Positions 47,901 to 59,942 of a stretch of 64,000 nt of DNA are shown here, piece after piece. Numbering within the stretch: position 1 is the stretch's first letter; the number at the start of each line of letters is the position of its first letter. The notes beneath the pieces were generated by a model. That model had not been told where the DNA came from and searched no databases. It saw only the letters and a program-made list of their open reading frames with translations. The stretch is from assembly GCA_951804945.1 (NCBI GenBank), contig OX638159.1, forward strand, positions 38,130,001 to 38,194,000, in the 5' to 3' direction. A program made the position numbers and the translations under genes. The stretch is from Podarcis cretensis. Its lineage: Eukaryota.

Positions 47901-48493
47901 TATATGTGATTTTGGCTTTAGGCGTGATCCCCAGAATGTAAACCCCTGTGTAAGTTGACTTTTGAGTAGACATACATAGTAGTGCAGTTAGATTTTCTTT
48001 TGCCAAAGGCACAGCTGTACTCTCTAGGTGCACAACATACAAATTGTGATGAAAATAATACAGAATTGGAATGGTGTTTGTAAGAATCTCAGACTGTGGG
48101 TGTATTCCTGTAGTTCAAGAACTATAGCTACGGTAATCTCTGGTCCCAGCTATGCTTTTGTTAACTATGTTTTAAGGGGTGAAAACCTGCCGTAGACTTG
48201 GTGTTTTCTGCTAGGTTCACGGAAGGACATATCTCAGTTTCATTTTTCATTAATTCTAAGCTTTTAGATAGTTCTGTTCCCCAGTGATCTGAAAACCTTA
48301 TTTTAGAAAATAGTAGAATCAAGGAAAAACATTGTATAAGCTGAATTCATTATAATGCACACTTTTTATATAAAGTGGTTTAGTATACTCTTTGTAGGCA
48401 TTTACCTCACGTGAAAGTTTGCATGTTTGTCCAAATATCAAATGATGGTTGTGTTTCAGTTCTTGATTTTTTACAGAAAGTGTAAATTATGTA

Positions 48494-48661
48494 TCGTATT
48501 TTTCCATGTATAAGACTTGGGTTTTTTACCAAAAAAATTGGTTTAAAATTGGGGCTCGTCTTATACAGGGGTAGTGCTAAGGGGTGTTTACTTAATTTGG
48601 AGTCCCCCCAAATAGGGGGGTGTCTTATACATGGCAGCGTCTTATACACGGAAAAATACAG
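48494..48661. mobile_element. Tc2/pogo-like MITE
   Basis: TA|TCGTATTTTTCCATGTATAAGAC ... GTCTTATACACGGAAAAATACAG|TA. Confidence 0.82.
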
Positions 48662-51389
48662 TATGTTCCCTTTAAAATGCAAACTGAATTTAATTTCTCC
48701 TAGGGAATAATGGCAAGTCATGGCTCTGGAGGCACTATGGGAGAACTGAATTATAATGGTAGACACCAACCAAAGCCACTGCTGCTGCAGCACCAAGATA
48801 CATGCTGCACTCAGGTGGCCATAACATACATTATGGGATTGTGACGTATTAGGTGGCGAAGCTTCCTGAAAGCTTCGGCTTTCAGCAACTGCCCATTAAT
48901 ATTACAACTGCCTGACGGTACTGACCCCTGGTTCCAGGCCTGGCTTTAATAAATGGTTGTTACTCTAGGAATAACAGTGGATCTATTACTTTTTATTCTA
49001 CCCATTTCTGATATTCATGCATGGGTGCCAATGTTTATGTAGCCAAAATGGCACCATCTGCACAAAAGAGGGTGGTATCAAGAGGCTCAGTGAAGAGGCT
49101 CAGGATTTTCAGAAATGCCACAAATATTTAGGGGAGAACCCTTCCCTCACACAACCTACAAAGGGTGCTCACGCCACAGAATGCTGAGCAAGTTTTGGGT
49201 GGAAGATGGCATAGAGTATGGCTGTCAGGCACACTAAACAAGAACACTCCACACTGCTACATTTTGTTGCAGCTTCCACTTCTGGCTACTGCTTGCAATA
49301 GCTATAACACCTGCTGTGCTGTCTTAACTAAAGCTTCTAACTCAAGATACAGAGTTTGTGTCCATATAAGGATAAAAATTACAAATCAGTCATTAAAGCT
49401 TTTTGGCATAAGGCAGATTTAAAAAAAAACACAAGACTGGTAATAATGAACAAAGACCTACAGAACCATGTGTCAAGGAAATTTAAATATAATAGTATGA
49501 ACAGCATGTTTGGAGTAATTAAACATTGGTTAATGGAATTAATAATTCAGAGCTCTTATATAAAGCTGATCAATAAAGGGGGTAATTAAACCCATAGCAT
49601 ATTGCATATATTAAGAGTTCCTGTTATGGTTGCCATAGAAACCTTAACTTTGAGTTCTCTTCCATTTGCAGGTTTAAATTTTTAGCCTCAGTGTTGCATT
49701 AACATACCATTTTTTTGCATTGAATAAATTTGCCAATAGAGGATTATTAAGGAGCTTGACGTTTCTAAAGTGTCTAACCCTGTAGTTAATCTGCACATCA
49801 ACATTTTAAATCACAAAAGTATTAATACTCAGCTCACAGAACATTCAAGATGTTCTGCCTTTGATGTGCTTATGCAAAGTTGGTCACCATTTTAAGGCTT
49901 CTGTTGCACCAGCTTCCTGAAAAAGCTTCCCCCTTTCCAACTACATGTGTGTTAGGAAAAGGTGCAAACTTAAAATCACTAGAGCTAAAGGTAGGTGGGG
50001 TGGGTAGGTGAATAAATAATCATTGACTACAAAAAACACACCCTGCAATACAAGAAATCCATGCATATTTTATTAGCCCCATCCTCCAGAGCAGGGTTGC
50101 CAACCTGGTGCCCTCCAGATGTTGTCACACTTCAGCTCCCATCAGCATCAGCCAGCAGGGGAACACATTTGCTATTCCTAATCTAAACGAATATCGTGGA
50201 CCAAAATCCGAGTGTTCTTTATGACTGAGGAATCCTCAGCAATATCAATGGGTTTGGGGAAATAGGATTTTACTGAAAGGAGGAGGACCTTGAAACTAGG
50301 AGTTCCTTGGCCTTGCCATACCTTCTAGCACTGATCCAAGAAGGGCTAAATTGAACCTTAGATAACTGACTCTGCCACTAATGAACCCCTGACAATTATC
50401 AAGGAGGTGGAGCTAGGACCCCTGCTCAGTTCCAGTAGGGATACCATGTCTCTGAGGGTCAGCAGGCGAATCAACCAGATGTGCCTGAGACAGCATGGTA
50501 GAGGCTGTGCAGAGAAGTGCCCAGGCACACTGTCTATTTAAGGAAAACTTTCAGGAGATCCAGTCTGCTGGGTGTAAGGCCAGTCTTTTGCAGAGGTTTC
50601 AGTGTGATCCAGTTCTTTGAAGACTTGCAGCATCAACCTTTAAATGAACGCTTAGGGAAACTGAAGACAACAGTAAAGTAATGCTAGTCTGATCTTTAGT
50701 CTGATCTTATATTGTGTGTGATATGCACAGAAGGATACTGAAAGTCGGATTCCAATTTTCGCCTATTAATTTTTTAGGCTTTAAAATAAAGTTAGGGTGT
50801 CATTTAGAAGCTTTGTTATTTTCTTGTCGGGCTCTGTTATTGCCCTGTTTCTTAAAAGTCCATTTTAGAATTGCGTTTTTGGTACTATTAAAGGCCTATA
50901 TTGCCTTTTCAGAGGGATGTTTTTTCACTGGAAAAGAAAATTTCCTTTACTGCTAGCTAAGCTGATCTTTTGGCTTTCTTCCCAGAATGAACTTCAAAGT
51001 ACTTCATATGGGTATTATATTTTGAAAACTACAATTTTCTCTGTGGAAACTGAACGAAATTAAACCCAATTAATGTAATTTATGTCTGTGCTGCCAGAAT
51101 AGAGTATTCAATACGTTTGGTTTACTAGGTCATATTGGTCCCTCTGATATATCATATAAATTAAATTATATGCAAAAATATCAAAAATGTCTTGTTGCAA
51201 ACTGGCAACAAGAAAGAAGGGTCATGTTCGGGCTATGCACATTTACTTGGGAGTAAGCCCCATCAAAACTTAATGCAGTGCCATTTGAATGTAAGTGCAG
51301 CCCTGCTGGATCAGAACAAAGGTCCATCTCAGCCAGGATTCTCTTACCAACAGCAGCTAGCCAGGTGGTTCCCAGAAGCCAACATTTAG

Positions 51390-52400
51390 GGTATAAAGGT
51401 AATAGCCTTCCTCCATTCCTCACCATGAGCCACTAACATTGAGCTACAGTTACAGTTTCTCTGAACCTGGAGATTCCATTTAGTCATCATGGCTAAGAGT
51501 AGTCAATTGACTGATCCTCCATGAATTTGTCTAATCCCAAAGCCATGTAAGTCAGTGACCCTCACCATATCTTAGGGCACTGAACTACGCATTGTGTGAA
51601 TACCGTATTTTTTGCTCTATAAGACTCACTTTTTCCCTCCTAAAAAGTAAGGGGAAATGTGTGTGCGTCTTATGGAGCGAATGCAGGCTGCGCAGCTATC
51701 CCAGAAGCCAGAACAGCAAGAGGGATTGCTGCTTTCGCTGTGCAGCGATCCCTCTTGCTGTTCTGGCTTCTGAGATTCAGAATATTTTTTTTCTTGTTTT
51801 CCTCCTCCAAAAACCAGGTGCGTCTTGTGGTCTGGTGCGTCTTATAGAGCGAAAAATACGGTAAGTTATTTTCTTTCGTCTGTCCTTAACTGATATCAAG
51901 TCAATTATATGTCCCCAAGTTCTATCACAGAAAAAAACACCTCCATCTACTTCCCCAACACCATGCATAATTTTAAAAAACTGTTATCATATCTCCCCCA
52001 CCTTAATGGTCCCTTTTCTGAGCTAAAGGTGACTACATAAGGTGCTCCAACCCCTTATTTTCATTTCTCACTGCAATATCTCTTTTTGAAATGGAATGAC
52101 TAGAACTGTACACACTATTCCACACCAGTAATGTGATACTGCTTATTTTACTCCATCCCTTTTCTAATAAATACTGTGTGACTACTGCTGTGCACTGAGT
52201 TGACCATTTCATTGAACTGTCCACTGTGATCCCAAGATAGCTTCCTATTTAGTTGACAGCCAGTTCAGATTTTATCACTGTGAAGTTGGGATTCTTTTTT
52301 GCCCCAATATGCATTGCATTGTATTTATTTATGCTGAACACTTGATTTGGCTGCTGTCCCAGAAGGAAGGCTGAATCTTCAACCATTTTGTTGTTGCTTT
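51390..52400 (-). mobile_element. Degraded CR1 LINE 3' region (interrupted by a MITE)
   Basis: CCTCCATGAATTTGTCTAATCC..AAAGCCAT and downstream CR1 ORF2-like remnants; a plus-strand CR1 relic with the same motif lies at ~55780-56150. Boundaries approximate. Confidence 0.6.
51603..51861. mobile_element. Tc2/pogo-like MITE
   Basis: TA|CCGTATTTTTTGCTCTATAAGAC ... GTCTTATAGAGCGAAAAATACGG|TA. Confidence 0.9.
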
Positions 52401-53859
52401 TAGCAGAAAGGATAAAAAGGACCTTGTTATTGCCAGTAGTAGGTAATAAGTAGGTATTGTGTACCATAGTCAACTGGCAACAGCTACGTACTTATTACCT
52501 TTTATATCCTGACTTGGCCAGGCCTTTGTAATAAATATTCAAGGCAGCTAGCAAAACAACTCCCCCCAAAAAACCCCCCTGAAAGCAATACAGAATAAAA
52601 ACAGTGAAGATATTAGTAAAACTACAGAGCAATCTACAACTAAAAGACAATAGCATCATAAAACTCTCTGCAAAGGCATTATTCAAGGAAGAAATATCAG
52701 GAAAAAATCCCTATAGAACAAATATGTGCAGCCAATCATATACAGAAATTAGGGGAATATACCACAATCTCTCACAAGACTGTTAGTCAAAAATGCAAAC
52801 ATAAACTGGAATTTTAAGGAACACATTATAAGTGCTATGGATTTTGCTGTTCTGTGAATTTCTGTGAATAGGACTGTTGCTGTGTTTTTGCTTTATGATA
52901 CTAGATATCTTGGACTTGACAAAGGAGTGTGAATAGCCCAGAACAGGTGATGTATACTCATGGAAAGATGTGTCCCTATGGAAGGAAGCTCAGGTTAGAA
53001 GATAACTTCTTGATACATGACCACTGGGATATTCAGAAAAGGGATTAAGGGGCATACACTTCCCAACTCCATATAAGGATGGTGTAATCTAGTTCTGTGT
53101 CACTGTGCAAAGGCACAAGAGATAGACTGCAGTTTTGGTAGTTAAGAGAGTTTTGGGGGCTTGGCAAGCAAACAGTACCAGGGAGTGAGGGAGGGACACC
53201 CTTTAGAGACTAAAGACTACCTGCTTCTCCTCACCTGTAATTGATGTCTATGCACATTATACGGCCGATTTATTCATCTATCTTATTTCACCGTTACATT
53301 TTAAGTGTCCAAAGCAGTGTACATCATCAGTCGCAATATAAAACGTTTGAAGAAGTCAGAAGCTAGCAAACAAGAAGCATAGCTGGTAAAATACACTTCC
53401 TGAGAAGTTATCGGCTGTTATGGCCCTTTAGTTGAGGAGAAACCCTAATAATTCAGAGGGACTTACTTCGAAGTAAGTATGTATTGGGCTGGCTCAAGGC
53501 AGTCGTGCTCAAAGCAGCCCCCCTGACATTAGTTTTAATTCCATTGCTTTCAGTGGGTCTACTCTACACTTGTATTTTAGTGTTCTGTTGGAAGCCGCCC
53601 AGAGTGGCTGGGGAAACCCAGCCAGATGGGCGGGGTATAAATAAATTGTTGTTGTTGTTATTACTATTACTTGTCTGGATTCGCCTTCGTGTTTCTTAAC
53701 CAAGCTGAGGAATTTTAGCATGCAAAATGGGTGAATCTTCCACGAGGCTAACTCTCCCGTTGCCTTTTAAGGAGAAATCCTCATACACATAACTGCGTAA
53801 CATGTTCTTTTCAATACCATGCCTTGCCATTTAATTCCGAAATAAGGTTTCACTCTCCA

Positions 53860-54800
53860 GGAAGCACCCCGGATCACGTCGAGTTCTCAACCCTCGCCGG
53901 GCGCTAAGCGATACCAAGCCAACTCCAGACGCTTAGTCGCGCTTAAACCGGGCTGCGGCGCATGCGCAGAGTGGGACGGGAGCCACTACTATGGAGAGGA
54001 ACGCCGCGGAGCGGAGAGAGCGACGACGGAAGGGCGCTCGCGACGTCTTCGAACACCTTCTCTCCCCCTCTTCTGGTTCTGGATCCGGGGCGAGAACGAG
54101 GCCTCAGCCATAGAGATGGCCAGGTGCAAGCGGTTCCGGGTTACTTCCGGAAGATCCCGCCTCTCCCTTCCCTTTCTCTCTAGAGAGGAGGAAGCGAAGA
54201 AAACAGAGCCGAGTCCGCTGGCTTCGGAGCGCGCTGGGCCTTGCCCAGTCAGCTGCCTCTCCCGCACCGGAGTAAGTTGAAGGAACGAATATCATTCGGG
54301 GGGCGGAACGGTTTCTACGTGGCCGTTCGCACATTTCCCCCTCAAGATTCTCGCTTGGAAGCGAGCGGGGCGCCAGACCCGGCGGGTGTGTGAGGGAAGG
54401 GAGGGGTCGTTTCTCAGATACTTAGGTGCTTGGGGGGGGGGGAGCGGCTGGGCCTGAGGTACTTATTCATGGGGGGTGGGGGTGTTAGAAACTCTGGGGA
54501 GAGGCAGGGTGGTAGACTTGAGGGAGACTCCCGGCGGTCGCGAGTGCCTGGCGGGGATTCCGGTGGGGCCCGAAGGTACGGATTGCCGATAAGGAACAAC
54601 AGCCCTTGTGACGTCAGTGGTGTTCGGGGGGGGGGTTTGCTGCTTTCTCTGCAGCTTAGCTGCCACCCGAAAGTTGCCTCGCTCGCGCCGGCGTATGCCC
54701 GCGTGGACTGGTGTGTGCTGCCAAATCCTTCGAACGGAGCTGTCTGCAACACAGGCAGAAAGAGCTTTTTCCCAAGGCCGCGCTGGATGGTTGCTCGGTT
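53860..54800. promoter_or_regulatory. CpG-island promoter of TENT2
   Basis: CpG-dense; NRF1 motif GCGCATGCGC at 53958-53967; palindromic ETS/GABP motif CTTCCGGAAG at 54144-54153; CRE TGACGTCA at 54609-54616. Confidence 0.88.
54150..54271 (+). other. TENT2: TENT2 non-coding exon 1 (start approximate)
   Basis: Strong donor CCGGA|GTAAGT at 54271/54272, just downstream of the ETS sites inside the CpG island. Confidence 0.6.
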
Positions 54801-57024
54801 TCATTAAAAAATAAAATAGAATGTGAATGTTTCATTCTGTATCTGGTGGGTCACTTACGACAGGCAAGGTTCTACCCGAGAGCAAGCTCGTTCACGATTA
54901 CTGTGCTGGGGAAATGCTTTATCCGTGGGGCATGGTCTGTGCACAGTGGCGGGGATGTTTTAAGGTCACCAAAGTGGCTGTCAGTAGAATTTGGTAACTG
55001 GCACACAAAAAACAGTGATGACTGTTTAAAGAGAGAGGCTGTTTAAAAAGATTGGCCTTCTTGGAAAAAATGTGTAGCAAGCTATCTTGGAAGGGAACAC
55101 ACAGATGCTTATATGTATGCTGGTACTAGTAGCCTAAAACGAGGACACCGTTAAGGTAGGCATATGGAAATTGGTGAAATCAGTGGGGCATGTTTATTGT
55201 TTAATGTGGTTATGTATGGAAATGACAGAGGATCGTAGAAGAACAGCTTTGCTGGATCAGAACAAACAGGTAGCATCATGTTTCCAACCGCAGTGGTTAG
55301 CCAGATGCATGTAGGAATCCCTGTAGGGCAGAGTCATTTAGGAAATGTAGAAATTTTTCCTTTTCATCATGATCCAAACATGTATTTATCAGTGTGTGTT
55401 AGAGTAATTGAAGTTGCCCATTACTATGCTTTCTTCACCAGATACCTTCTTTACTTCATTCCTTATCTCCAGTTCACTCTTGAGTGCTTTGAACAGGGAG
55501 ATGATAATTTGTGTCCTGTATTAAATTGCTTTTGGGCCCTGATTTAAACATATAGGAGAACAAGCCTTGTTGAAGATGAGTCAAAATGGGAGGTTACCTG
55601 TAGACAGTAACTCCTACACCAGCAGTCTTTTGGGGTTTGAGTAGGGGTGATCTAACCCAGTTCATCTTGAAAGGCTCCTGAATAAATGTAGGAATAAATG
55701 GGAACTTCTCACAGTGGAGGCTAAAAAATCCATACTAGAACTGGTAATGTTGAACTTTTTCATAAGTGATCTGGAGTAATGGATGAGCAGTTGACTAGGT
55801 TTGCAGACAACACCAGGAACACGAGGAAATTGCTAAGAAGTCTAATGAGGTGAATGAGCAACAAAATAGCAAACAACGTTTAGTTATGAATAAATTGGTG
55901 CTTATTAGCGCAAAAAATCTTAACCATGTTCACGCACATACTGACTTTCTCTGAACTGCTAGCAGCTGGTCACCTGGTGAAATTGAGTGGCAGTAGATTG
56001 AGGATGAGCAAAATAACATTTTACTTCCCATCACACATACTTGTATGCGAAAAATTGCCACAAGTTTAGATGGCTTTAAAGGGGGATTAAACAGATTCAT
56101 GAAGGACAACTCTATTAATGGTTCTTAACCATAATGGTGAAATGGGGCCTGCTGTCTTGCGGGCTCTGCTTATGCAAATATAGACAGATTGGCAAGTGGA
56201 AAAGTGGGTCTTAGACTCAGATCTGTAGAGTTAGAAGGGGGCAGCGGGATTGTCTAGTTAAGCCTCCTGCAGTGCAGGAATCTTTTGCCCAATGTGGGGC
56301 ATGTATCCAAGATTTGTGATAGTAACAGTCTCGTGCAACTGGATTCGGCATATTCTTTTATTTATAAAATTTGGAGGCTTCATTGGTTTAATTTTAATTT
56401 TTAAAGTTTTAATTTTTGAAGGGAAAAACCCCACTTGGATTGTTGTTTGACGCATTATTTTATTGGCATATTGTTTTATTAAGTTGGGAGATGTCATTAG
56501 AATCTATAGAAGTTTTAAATTCTGAAGGAAAAAGAATGAATTTACTCTTATAGAACAGTTGGCTCCTACTCCTTGTTCAAAAGTGGGATCTTGTTTATAG
56601 AGGAAAACATATAAATGTTTCTAAAATTATGTTCATGATTGATTAGTCTTTATTTGCTTGTAGAGTAGTTGTGGGTGCTGTTTATGAACATTGGGCATTT
56701 CAAGGTAACGTATCTGGTCTGCTTAGGCCTTAACCCCTACCCCATTTTAAAGATAATGAATTGGAAATATTAAGAGTGCCTATCTTGCTTTCCCAATGCA
56801 TCTGGAAAATAATAAATACTAATTTTGATGTCTCTGTGCTTGTGAATATTTAAGGAAAATTACGTTGTAACAACACGTTATTGCCAAAAAACACTCGGAA
56901 GTTATCAGCTTGTAGTAATGGCTAATATATGTAAACCTTATGACTTACTTTAGTTGCCTGATTTCAGTTTTTTTTTTTAAATAATAGGTAGAAGAATACA
57001 TGTTTACTTTCAGCATAGAAGAGC

Positions 57025-57152
57025 ATGTTCCCAAATTCTTCCAACTTGGGTCATCCACCCTTCCCACTAGAACATCAACAATACAACTTCTTCATTAATC
57101 TTCCAGTGAACATACCTCCTGTTCTCTTTCACCAGCAATTCCAGAATACAAC
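57025..57152 (+). CDS. TENT2: TENT2 first coding exon: MFPNSSNLGHPPFPLEHQQYNFFINLPVNIPPVLFHQQFQNT
   Basis: gagcATGTTCCCAAAT start; donor AC|gtaagt; the exon probably begins at 56988 (ataatag|) or at 57014. Confidence 0.9.
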
Positions 57153-57451
57153 GTAAGTATGGTAGAATTTTAATCTGAAACAAATCTTGGATTTTTAAAA
57201 AGCCTACTTGCATTGTTAACATTATCACATAAACTACCACAGAGAAGCAATTTAATGTCCATTTGAGCTTTAGGTTTGCAGTGAAAATAAAGTTTGAGTA
57301 ATAAACTTGAGTACTGTAGTTTGTATTTCATCACAGTACTGAATGGTAGCATGCATGTTCACTTTATTACTTAAGTAATTACTGTATGAATGTTTAAATT
57401 TAAATGCAAAACACTGGCATGAATAATCATACTGCATTGTAATTTTCCTAG

Positions 57452-57568
57452 AACTCCAGTAAGTGGTAGTCTTCTGACCATCCCACCTGTTTCACCTCCA
57501 CCTTTTGCCTATAGAAATGGCAGCCCAGTGCATACATCAGCTGCACCTGCATCATTCCGAGGCAGAAA
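57452..57568 (+). CDS. TENT2: TENT2 coding exon 2 (117 bp): TPVSGSLLTIPPVSPPPFAYRNGSPVHTSAAPASFRGRK
   Basis: ttttcctag|A ... AGAAA|gtaagt; phase 2-2; ends in the conserved FRGRK. Confidence 0.85.
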
Positions 57569-58565
57569 GTAAGTGCATTCTGTGGTTCTCTTCCATGTTA
57601 TGTTCCCTTAGAATAAAGCACTATAAAATAATAGAAATATAATACTGAAGTGACCCCCTATTAAAGGTGTTACTCTTTGAGACTTTTTATGACACTTTGC
57701 CCACATTTTGTTTATTATGATGCCTATCTTGTTAGATGCTGACACACTCTCAAAATGGGAAGTTTGGAGTCATTTCCCACCCAGCTGTATTTCTCCACTG
57801 TTCTCAAGGGTGCATATTGCTATGTGTTTGTGGCACTGTTCATGCATTTTTTTTCTATATGCAACCACAGAAAAGCTAGGGAGTGACTATTCCCTTCCCA
57901 TGCCCACAAGGGAAAATGGCTGTGAACACATCTGTTGTAGCTTTGGTAACTTTACTGAAAACAATGGAGTCATACCATATGCAGATAAACAGAGGAGACT
58001 CTGGCATTTTTAGGTGTTGGTCCTTGAATCTTTACTTGTATTTTCCAAGTTAATAATATTTTCAAGACCAGAAGCAGTATGCTGGACTGGATAGTTTGGT
58101 CTGGTCCAGAAAGGCTGCTCTTATGAGAATGTGTGAACCAGATTTACTGCTCTACTTATAAGGGTGAAGTGTGTGAGGAATAAGAACTGGTCAGTAGACT
58201 GGATCCTGAGTCATCATCGTCCTCCATGGACTACTTCCTCTTCCTTCTCACTGTAGCACTCTCTTCAGATTCAAAACTGCTCTCTTGAATAGGAAGTATT
58301 TCAGAATGAGAACTGTATTTGCTGTGCATAAGAATGGCTTGGCAATTTGATCTAGCATTGTCTTTCTATAGGACACAAATTGAGCGTTTGCACATACTTT
58401 TGAATTCCCTGTTTTAAGACTTTATTTGCATCATATCAAAGTTGGGCATTCCTCTTTAAAAATAATACACAGTCTTAATTGGTAGCATTGACAGTTCAGT
58501 CTCCCCCCCCCCCCGCATAGTTAAGTACCGAAATTGGAATAGTCAAACCTCTCTTACATTTTTAG

Positions 58566-58815
58566 GAGGCTGAAAGAGCAGGATGTTCCTTATCAAGTGA
58601 AGCGCCAGCGATTTCATTCACCTCATCATGAATCTGCTTCAGCTAACCAAGTAGTGCCTTTACCAGAAGATCACAGGCGGTCATTCCCTGGATCAATTCC
58701 TTCGCCATTATTTCCAGCACATTACATCTCTGATTTGACGGGATGTGTGCCACCCTTACAAGAAGCTTCATTTCCTGACCTTATAGAAACTGCACTCCCT
58801 GTGGCCAAAGATAAG
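58566..58815 (+). CDS. TENT2: TENT2 coding exon 3 (250 bp): RLKEQDVPYQVKRQRFHSPHHE...LPVAKDK
   Basis: cattttttag-type acceptor ending at 58565; donor AAG|gtaaaa; phase 2-0; bipartite NLS-like KR...KRQR. Confidence 0.95.
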
Positions 58816-59632
58816 GTAAAATTGAGAACAGGTGCTCTTTTCCTTTCTATAAAGTTTTCTGTGCAAGACAGTGGCTCCCAAATCCTGGGCTGCAAGAGGA
58901 GCTGAAGGGTATCTCAAACAGAGCCCAATGTGTTGGAAACATTTACACTGAGTCTTAGAGCAAGGATGACTCTTTGAGCAAGTATAGATTTCCACTCCTG
59001 CCTTCAGTCAATATAGAACCAGTAACATCATTCCCAAGGGAGGGGGGGAGAGTGTGTTGGGATTTCTTGCCACAGCCAGTGCTTTTTGTAAGAAAAAAAA
59101 TAATAAATAGTTAAAATATAATTGAAGAATGCTGGGGAATGTGCATCTGAATTGTCACCTTTGCCCCTGACTGCAATGGGAATGGCAGAATGTTGAAGGA
59201 TAATAGTAAATGATTTATCCTGTGGTTGCAAGGAGGATGCCTGCTTCTATTGTGGGAGCAGACTGAAGAAACACATGAAACAGGAACACTGCTTTTAATA
59301 GTAAAACTTCCACAGTTCTGACTGTGTTCAAGCAGCAATATTAATACTATGCAGCCATGTATTATTGCAGCAAGAACAACAATTTTAATTGCCTATGTGC
59401 TGTCCAATAACAGATGTTTGTCTGTAGAATAGCAAAGTTTAGAGTCTCACTAATCAGGCTCCTGCTAAATCATTTATTTACAGTGAATTCTCGTAGGACT
59501 TTGATTGGTGATTTGGGGGAAAAACCTTTTTAAAAGTGTGTGTGTGTACACAAATGTATTTACTATATATGTATAAGAGATCATACTGATAGTTGTATAG
59601 TAAATGCTGGTTTGTTTTTTGCATATGTTAAG

Positions 59633-59747
59633 CTAAGTCAGCAAATACTGGAATTATTTCAAGTGTGTCAACAACAAATCTATGACTTGAACAAAAAAGA
59701 GCTTTGCCGAACACAACTCCAGAGGGAAATTCAACAGATCTTTCCAA
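59633..59747 (+). CDS. TENT2: TENT2 coding exon 4 (115 bp): LSQQILELFQVCQQQIYDLNKKELCRTQLQREIQQIFP
   Basis: gttaag|CTA ... CCAA|gtatgt; phase 0-1. Confidence 0.95.
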
Positions 59748-59850
59748 GTATGTTATCATTCCATATGTTTCTGACACTCAAATAGTCATGTTTTTAATTA
59801 TACCCTTCTTCTAAAGAATAAGATTTTATTGTATGGTTCTTTCCTTGCAG

Positions 59851-59942
59851 ATAGTAGACTCTTTTTGGTTGGATCCTCACTAAATGGATTTGGTACTCGT
59901 AGCAGCGATGGTGACCTGTGCCTGGTGGTTAAAGAGCAGCCA
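59851..59942 (+). CDS. TENT2: TENT2 coding exon 5 (92 bp): NSRLFLVGSSLNGFGTRSSDGDLCLVVKEQP (nucleotidyltransferase active-site motif)
   Basis: ttccttgcag|AT ... CCA|gtaagt; phase 1-0; GS-x-DxD catalytic signature. Confidence 0.98.

Noticed and set aside
53962-55046. Cluster of 60-125 aa ORFs on both strands
   Set aside because: Expected artefact of the TENT2 CpG island; the real CDS starts at 57025.
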